This document shows positions 27,243-32,000 of a stretch of DNA of 32,000 bases, one piece after another. Source of the stretch: Halomonas sp. M4R1S46 (lineage in GTDB: Bacteria; Pseudomonadota; Gammaproteobacteria; Pseudomonadales; Halomonadaceae); NCBI RefSeq assembly GCF_025725685.1, contig NZ_CP107008.1, positions 684,235 to 716,234 on the forward strand, in the 5' to 3' direction. The notes beneath the pieces were generated by a model. The model searched no databases, was not told the DNA's origin, and saw only the letters and a program-made list of their open reading frames with translations. The position numbers and the translations under genes were made by a program. The number at the start of each line of letters is the position of its first letter. Positions within the stretch are counted from its first letter, which is position 1.

Positions 27243-28310
27243 ATGACCACTGCGACGAAAAGTAAGGCGCCGGCCGCGGCGGAAAGCTGGAGCACCTGGC
27301 TCGAGCAGCTCGACCAACTCCAGGAGGAGCGCGCCGAGATCACAGGCCTGGGCGAGGCCCGCAAGATGCTGGAGCGCGCCAAGATGGGCGTCCAGTATGT
27401 CATCCGCCTGGCCGATCACTACCACTACCCGGGCCGCTTCAAGCATTCCAGTGCCGAAGACGACACCGAGGTTCTGCTGGAACTGATGAGGCATATCCGC
27501 GCCGATACAAGTCGCGCCCTTCAGGCGACGAACTGGCACGACCAATCGGCGGAGCGCCAGGCCTACATCAAGGATCTGGACGCCCGAGCGAAGCGGGCCG
27601 CCGCCAACTTGCAGAAGGCGGCCGAAGAAGCCGCAGAGCTGGAGCATGCCCGCGGGGAAGTCGATCAGCGTCTCGAGGATCTGGAGGCCAAGGCGCCGAA
27701 GGCCTCGGCAACCAGCCTGGCCGCCCTGCGCAAGGAGCGCGACGCCGCCACCGCCGAGCGTGACCGGATCGCCAAGTCGCTGGGCAACATGACAGCGGAT
27801 GACAGCCCGCTGGCGCTGGCGCGGGAAGCCGAGCAAACCGCCCAGGAACGCCTCGATGAAGCGGAGGCACTGCTGGCCATGGGTGAGGCCAATGACGAGG
27901 ACGTGAAGGCCGCGAAGAGCGAGGCGGACAAGGCCCACAAGGCGCTGGAGGCGCGTCAGGCCGACCACCGCAGCCAGGATGCCGCCCGGCGCGGCATGTC
28001 GCGCAAGCTGGAGCAGGTCGACAGTCGCCTGGAAACCCTGAGCCGGGCCTATCGCCAGGCGCTGGGGCGTGTGCGGCATGCCGACCTGGCGGCGCTCGAA
28101 GGCGAGATTGTCGAGGAGATCGAGCGCATCGCCCAGCAACGCCTCCAGGCCCTGGCCGCGATCTATGCCGACCTGGAGGAGGCCGAGCCGGGCAACTCAT
28201 ACGGCCCCGCTCGCCTCGAGGTGAAACTGCCCCACCTCCACCACCACCGGGAGGCCGACATGCTCAACGGCCACGGCCTGACGATCACCGCCTATGGGCG
28301 GGAGGAGTGA
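27243..28310 (+). CDS. Coiled-coil protein (355 aa), function unknown
   Basis: SD GAGAAGGAGAG lies upstream. Long A/E/R/L/K heptad-like stretches occupy the central ~200 aa. No enzymatic motif was seen. Confidence 0.65.
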   Translation: MTTATKSKAPAAAESWSTWLEQLDQLQEERAEITGLGEARKMLERAKMGVQYVIRLADHYHYPGRFKHSSAEDDTEVLLELMRHIRADTSRALQATNWHDQSAERQAYIKDLDARAKRAAANLQKAAEEAAELEHARGEVDQRLEDLEAKAPKASATSLAALRKERDAATAERDRIAKSLGNMTADDSPLALAREAEQTAQERLDEAEALLAMGEANDEDVKAAKSEADKAHKALEARQADHRSQDAARRGMSRKLEQVDSRLETLSRAYRQALGRVRHADLAALEGEIVEEIERIAQQRLQALAAIYADLEEAEPGNSYGPARLEVKLPHLHHHREADMLNGHGLTITAYGREE

Positions 28311-28313
28311 CCC

Positions 28314-28571
28314 ATGCCCAATTCAAGCCCATATCGCAGTGCCGCCTATCGCAAGGCAGCGCGCGCCGCGGCCTTCAGCCGCATCAAGGCGGAGGAAGAG
28401 CGCACGCCGGAGCGCATCGAGGAAGATCTGGCCGCCGCTCGCCAGAGAGTCGAGGAGCTGGAGCGGGAGCTGGCAGACGCCAAGCACAAAGATGAGGAGC
28501 CAGTGGAGGCCCGGCTAGACATCAATCGCATCTATGCCCGGCAGAATGGCCGGAAGGGGGAGCGGGCATGA
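28314..28571 (+). CDS. Hypothetical charged helical protein (85 aa)
   Basis: SD GGAGGAG lies upstream. Its stop overlaps the next start (ATGA). Confidence 0.5.
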   Translation: MPNSSPYRSAAYRKAARAAAFSRIKAEEERTPERIEEDLAAARQRVEELERELADAKHKDEEPVEARLDINRIYARQNGRKGERA

Positions 28572-28822
28572 TCGTCACCCGACCCCGCGGAGCCATCGTT
28601 ACCAACCCCGCTCGGCGCACCGCGGCCGAGCTGGACCAGCCAAACCTCCGCTACGCGGCACCGCTGGACCGGTGCCGGCAGCACCAGGTGGAACTCTATA
28701 CCCGCGGCGGCCGCCGCTTTGCCCGGTTGTTCGGCGAAGACCGCGAAGCCCTCCAGGCGCGTGCCGATCGCTGGCGCGCGCATATCTCGCCCAGCCTCGA
28801 GCAGCGCTGGCCAGAATCCTGA
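28568..28822 (+). CDS. Hypothetical basic protein (84 aa)
   Basis: ATGA-coupled to the previous gene and followed by a terminator. Confidence 0.5.
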   Translation: MIVTRPRGAIVTNPARRTAAELDQPNLRYAAPLDRCRQHQVELYTRGGRRFARLFGEDREALQARADRWRAHISPSLEQRWPES

Positions 28823-28866
28823 CCGTGGCTGGTTCCAGGGTGCCCGGGTCTCGTCAGCCCGGGCTT

Positions 28867-28895
28867 GGGGTCACCATATCGGTGGCCCCTTTTTT
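28867..28895 (+). terminator. Rho-independent terminator closing the tape-measure/terS operon
   Basis: GGGGTCACC-ATATC-GGTGGCCCC (9-bp stem with one G-U pair) followed by TTTTTT. An additional GCCCGGG...CCCGGGC hairpin lies just upstream (28841-28863). Confidence 0.75.
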
Positions 28896-28983
28896 CACCG
28901 TCGACCGCTGCCCCGCTGTAGGGCGCCGCCGAACGCTACCGCGCCAGCCTGCGTAATGGGCAACCACCATCGGAGGCCGTGCC

Positions 28984-29250
28984 ATGCCGATGATCAATGA
29001 AGAGATCACCCGCCACCCTGTGGAGTACCGCCGTGAGCGCCTCGAGGAGGAGCGAGACCGTCTGGAGCGGCGCCTGACCTGGGCAGTGAATCGCAAGGAG
29101 GCCAGGCAGGTCGAGCGCCTGACCCGGCAGCTGGCCGAGATCGATCGGGAACTGGAGCGGCCACCCGAGGACCTGGAGGGGCGGGGCCGGGCGACATCGC
29201 TTCGCCGGCAGTACGGCGCGGAGTTGTGTGACGCCCTTGGGTGGCACTGA
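28984..29250 (+). CDS. Hypothetical charged helical protein (88 aa)
   Basis: ATG 28984 has a GGAGG-containing upstream sequence. The protein is R/E-rich. Its stop overlaps the next ATG by one base. Confidence 0.5.
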   Translation: MPMINEEITRHPVEYRRERLEEERDRLERRLTWAVNRKEARQVERLTRQLAEIDRELERPPEDLEGRGRATSLRRQYGAELCDALGWH

Positions 29251-29524
29251 TGACTGCCGAGGCCCCGAGCTCCCTCCTCCTGCGCGGCGCCCCGGTGCCT
29301 GATGACCTCTGGGACCCGGCAGACTGCCGCGCGCTGTGGATCGCCGCCCTGGAGATGTACCTGCGCGACGCGATCGCCGCGGCCAAGGGGAGCGAACACA
29401 GGGAGGCGGTAGCGGCCCTTCACGACCTGATGGGCGGCTGGAGATGCTGGCGCGGCTGTGCGAGCCCCTGGGGCTGGAGGTGGAGTCAGTCGCCGAGGGC
29501 ATGAGGGCCAGGGCCTACTCCTGA
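29250..29524 (+). pseudogene. Hypothetical gene interrupted by an apparent -1 frameshift near 29.43 kb
   Basis: The frame from ATG 29250 reads plausibly to ...AVAALHDLMGG, then becomes W/R/C-rich (WRCWRGCASPWGWRW). The -1 frame continues plausibly as RLEMLARLCEPLGLEVESVAEGMRARAYS* and ends at 29524. Confidence 0.4.
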
Positions 29525-29769
29525 GCCTTGTTCGTGGCCTTGTCGCGCTCGTTCATCTCGGTGACAGCCCGGTGGACGTCATCCTCTTGTGTGGCTTGGA
29601 CCCACCCACCCAGGACGCCGATGAAGATGATGATGCTGGCCACCAGGTAGGCCCACCAAGGGCCGGGCCAGTCGCGCCACAGCCCGAAGGCGATGGGGAT
29701 GATCACCGCCGCTGTGAGGCACCAGCCTGCCGCCGCGTTCTTCTGCTGATCGAGTTTGTTCTCTGCCAT
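29515..29769 (-). CDS. Small two-TM membrane protein (holin-like architecture)
   Basis: 84 aa with two hydrophobic spans (WCLTAAVIIPIAFGLW and WWAYLVASIIIFIGVLGGWV). The C-tail is highly charged (EDDVHRAVTEMNERDKATNKAQE). Confidence 0.6.
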   Translation of the reverse strand: MAENKLDQQKNAAAGWCLTAAVIIPIAFGLWRDWPGPWWAYLVASIIIFIGVLGGWVQATQEDDVHRAVTEMNERDKATNKAQE

Positions 29770-29824
29770 GTCTCGCTCCCTGCGCTGAGTGGCTTTCAGT
29801 CTAGCCTAGCGAGGCTCGATGAAT

Positions 29825-29847
29825 TCGCGGGTCCTTCTGGAGGCCCC
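29825..29847 (+). repeat. 23-bp repeat copy 2 (TCGCGGGTCCTTCTGGAGGCCCC)
   Basis: It matches 26472-26494 at 22 of 23 positions. It lies in the 122-bp gap between the BRCT gene stop and the membrane-protein start. Confidence 0.6.
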
Positions 29848-29891
29848 GCCGCCGTCATGACCGGATGCGGGGCTGGCGCTGGGTGCCGGAG

Positions 29892-30530
29892 TTATAGCCA
29901 GTTAGCCCAGTGGCGCTCGCTGATCAGATGAATGTCGCGGCCATCGCGGCGCAACTCCACGGCGTGCTGGATCTTGCGTCCGTAGTTCGACTGGGCCCAG
30001 TCATCGCTGCCCAAGTTGCCGATAACAACGAAGTGGGTGGCGCGGCTGGGGCTTTTCTGGGGCTGTCCGCCGCGCTGCACGATCTCGGCCTCGCACTCGC
30101 GGCGCGTACCAGTGACGAAGCGCCCGGTCAGCACGAAGTTAGAACCTTCGAATACGACATCCGGCACCGGGTCGCAAAGGGGTAGGGCAGTGGATTGCCG
30201 GCTGGAGCTGGAGCCGCCTTGGGTGGAGCCACCGCCAGTATAGTCGAGCAGCAGTCCGATCAGTTCGCCCTCTTCCTCGGCATCCAGAACGCCATCGCCG
30301 AGCATTTCCTCGAGGCGAGGGAAGAGCACGTTGAAAGGCCAGACGGCCAGGGCCTCGGGACGCTCTCCAAGCCACTGGAGCAGGTATTCGGCCTCGGCCT
30401 GGTTGACCGAGCCATCGGCGAGCATCCCGCGGGCCAGCCCGCACAGCTCATTGGCATCCCGGGTGGTGTTCCTGGCCATGCTGAGCCGGCGCGTGACCGG
30501 CTGGCCGTGGTGGTCGAGTTGGATAGGCAT
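29892..30530 (-). CDS. TerB-like N-domain / BRCT C-domain protein
   Basis: 212 aa from ATG at 30530 (SD GGGAGAG). The N-terminal ARGMLADGSVNQAEAEYLLQWL fits the TerB/DjlA-N type DGxxxxxExxxL motif. After a G/S-rich linker, the C-terminal FVLTGRFVTGTRRECEAEIVQRGGQPQKSPSRATHFVVIG...GRKIQHAVELR...ISERHW parallels the LigA-type BRCT domain. Confidence 0.7.
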   Translation of the reverse strand: MPIQLDHHGQPVTRRLSMARNTTRDANELCGLARGMLADGSVNQAEAEYLLQWLGERPEALAVWPFNVLFPRLEEMLGDGVLDAEEEGELIGLLLDYTGGGSTQGGSSSSRQSTALPLCDPVPDVVFEGSNFVLTGRFVTGTRRECEAEIVQRGGQPQKSPSRATHFVVIGNLGSDDWAQSNYGRKIQHAVELRRDGRDIHLISERHWANWL

Positions 30531-30746
30531 GGGACTCTCCCTTGTTATGGTTCCCTGCGGGCCGTGGGCCCGCAAGGTAGTTTGGCAAAGGGAGGTGAGG
30601 TCTGCCCGTACTGGTGCCCAGGAGCCGCGGGGAGGGGTACCCGTTTCGGGTACGCTTTCCAGGTGGTCCTCGCCGTCGCTATGGCCGGAGGTAGCTGCTG
30701 GCGCTGTTTGTTGATGTGTTCAGCTGGGATCAGGACCCGACTCAAT

Positions 30747-30914
30747 TCAGCGGTCTATGGCCGCGACGTTGTAGAAGATCCTGCCATCGGGGGCCTTCCG
30801 CCAGATGCGCCCCTCAGGCCATGTGCCGTCCTTCCGCTTGTGGTCGATCGCTGAGCGCGAGTAGCCGTAGAGCTCCGCCAGCTTGTTCCGAAGAACCCAT
30901 TTGTTCTGTGCCAT
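30747..30914 (-). CDS. Excisionase-like small DNA-binding protein (55 aa), not in the ORF track
   Basis: Hand translation of the minus strand gives MAQNKWVLRNKLAELYGYSRSAIDHKRKDGTWPEGRIWRKAPDGRIFYNVAAIDR*. This fits a lambda Xis-like pattern (HTH, then W..G....K...GR.....A). Confidence 0.6.
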   Translation of the reverse strand: MAQNKWVLRNKLAELYGYSRSAIDHKRKDGTWPEGRIWRKAPDGRIFYNVAAIDR

Positions 30915-31085
30915 CGTTGCCCCCTAGTGCCGTGCTTCAACACATCAATCATGACAACCCGCCGCACCTCCTCCAGACTCCCGCTACGCTTTCCAGATGG
31001 TCACGCCAACACCATGGCCGTAGGTGGTACTGGCAGTACGGGTGCCGAGCGCTCGCTAACAGGTAGACCTCTAGGAGGGGGAGGT

Positions 31086-31304
31086 ATGTCCACCGGGAAA
31101 CTGATGTCCCTGGAGGAGTGGCGGAAGGCTCGGTTTGCAGGCGAGCCGCCAGCCATGTCGACCATTCGCAAGTGGTGTCGGGAAGGCCACGTGCCTTCGA
31201 AGAAGATCGGGGGTAGCTGGTTCATCGATCTGGATGCTGAAGCGCGACAGACAGGGAATCCCTTGGCCGATGCCGTGCTGAATGGGGAACGGAGGATCGA
31301 CTAA
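31086..31304 (+). CDS. Excisionase-like small DNA-binding protein (72 aa)
   Basis: ATG 31086 is preceded by [57 protein letters not shown] resembles lambda Xis (LTLQEWNARQRRPRSLETVRRWVRECRIFPPPVKDGREYLF). Confidence 0.65.
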   Translation: MSTGKLMSLEEWRKARFAGEPPAMSTIRKWCREGHVPSKKIGGSWFIDLDAEARQTGNPLADAVLNGERRID

Positions 31305-31346
31305 GCCGCGGTCACGGGCGAATCGGCAGGTATACGGGAGGTCGGG

Positions 31347-31583
31347 ATGAAAGAAGCAGGCAACACTACCACTGAGCAGCCGCCACTGCGCTTCCTGAAG
31401 GTACGCGACGTGTGCGACAAGATCGCGGTGTCGCGTTCTCGGCTCTACGAGCTGCTGATCGAAGATGAGGACTTCCCGAAGCCGTTCAAGGACAGTGACA
31501 GCCGCCAGGCGCCCAACTACTGGGTTGAGCACGAGATCGAGGAGTGGATGCGTCGGCGCATGGAGAGGGCAAGACGTCGGTAG
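31347..31583 (+). CDS. Second AlpA-family regulator/excisionase
   Basis: LKVRDVCDKIAVSRSRLYELLIEDEDFPKPFKDSDSRQAPNYWVEHEIEEWM fits the AlpA/HTH_17 pattern. Confidence 0.75.
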   Translation: MKEAGNTTTEQPPLRFLKVRDVCDKIAVSRSRLYELLIEDEDFPKPFKDSDSRQAPNYWVEHEIEEWMRRRMERARRR

Positions 31584-31649
31584 CTGGGCGCCGTTGAGCG
31601 CTTGTCTCGACGCCTGGATAAGATCGAATCAGAGATCGGCGCCGTCCCA

Positions 31650-31681
31650 GCCCCGCCGGGGAGCGCACCGGCGGGCTTTTT
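31650..31681 (+). terminator. Rho-independent terminator after the second alpA-like gene
   Basis: CCCGCCGG (31652-31659) / CCGGCGGG (31668-31675) stem with an 8-nt loop, followed by CTTTTT. Confidence 0.65.
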
Positions 31682-31917
31682 CGTCTGGCCCGGTGCTGGC
31701 GCCTCGAGAACATCAAATCGGGGGTCTGGGGCTGGTGACCGCGCGTGCCCGGGTGACCGGGGGCCGAGGCGGTCAGATTGACTGCCTCGGGAGGCTGGCG
31801 CCCGTGTGCGCGTGACACGACGTGTGGGCAAGGGGGCCCCAAATTGGGGATGCCTTGGGCCCCGCGCGCCCTGGTACTGAGCCCAGATTTCGGCCGAGTG
31901 GGTGATCTCGTCTTTAT

Positions 31918-31936
31918 GGGGGCATATCTGGGGGCA
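31918..31936 (+). repeat. Right copy of 19-bp direct repeat GGGGGCATATCTGGGGGCA (candidate attR core)
   Basis: It is identical to 16171-16189. It is preceded by non-coding DNA containing a 12-bp-stem hairpin (31764-31790). Confidence 0.6.
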
Positions 31937-32000
31937 TGTTGCTGGCGCTGATACCGGAGAATCCGGTAACGGTAAGGCATGGTTGGCAGATTTCCGGTGG

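Larger units (their letters stand above)
16171..31936 (+). mobile_element. Integrative, phage-satellite-like genomic island (about 15.8 kb) downstream of tRNA-Lys
   Basis: It is bounded by a perfect 19-bp direct repeat and begins with a P4-type integrase. It carries AlpA/Xis-type regulators, a replication module with iterons, and a small terminase. It has no large terminase, portal, capsid, tail tube or lysis genes. Local GC dips occur at 17.5-18.0 kb and 22.1-22.5 kb. Confidence 0.7.

Noticed and set aside
26457-28139. 560-aa minus-strand ORF across terS and the coiled-coil gene
   Set aside because: The plus strand carries a recognisable Nu1-type HTH, good SD sequences and coupled starts. 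The minus-strand product is L/G/R/A-rich with no motifs. Confidence in this rejection is high but not absolute, because the plus-strand coiled-coil gene has no known family.
15840-31928. Recurring GGGGGCAT octamer (15840, 16171, 16311, 16343, 25811, 26340, 31918) as integrase arm sites
   Set aside because: Several copies fall inside coding sequence, where they simply encode Gly-Gly-Met or sit at SD-ATG junctions in a G-rich genome. Only the 19-bp pair and the 11-nt copy at 15840 seem non-random.

Overview
The window is a high-GC chromosomal segment whose gene order looks gammaproteobacterial (Halomonas- or Pseudomonas-like; that assignment is inference only). All protein identifications come from reading the supplied translations and recognising motifs. 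No database search was run.

**Core genome (1 to about 16.1 kb).** This part is ordinary: umuD-umuC, tRNA-Thr(CGU), a GcvT/DmdA-family aminomethyltransferase, tesB, tadA, mltF, purL, a small zinc-ribbon protein, an SF2 helicase, scpA-scpB-rluB, and two identical tandem tRNA-Lys(UUU) genes with a good sigma70 promoter.

**Integrative element (16171-31936, about 15.8 kb).** It is bracketed by a perfect 19-bp direct repeat and opens with a P4-type tyrosine integrase. Its parts, in order:
- integrase, a lower-GC unknown gene, and AlpA
- a chain of ATGA-coupled small genes ending in a stand-alone primase-type CHC2 zinc finger and a RecA-like (AAA_25/RepA-type) ATPase with a C-terminal HTH
- a dense TGCAAC iteron cluster, the putative origin
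- an AT-rich control region with a near-consensus LexA/SOS box
- a 6.6-kb operon: a 937-aa tape-measure-like protein, two paralogous unknowns, about 340 bp of apparently non-coding DNA, a Nu1-like small terminase, a 355-aa coiled-coil protein and two small proteins, closed by a clean terminator
- a short second unit containing a frameshifted gene
- a convergent 2-TM holin-like protein and a TerB-like/BRCT protein
- a divergent pair of Xis-like genes and a second AlpA

**Interpretation.** No large terminase, portal, capsid, tail tube or lysin is present. I read the element as a phage-satellite-like (PICI/P4-like) island with unusual cargo. The points most worth follow-up are the orphan tape-measure gene, the SOS-box-controlled packaging operon, the iteron origin, and the membrane protein plus TerB-BRCT pair.

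**ORF track.** Many long ORFs in the track are antisense shadows typical of high-GC DNA and were rejected.
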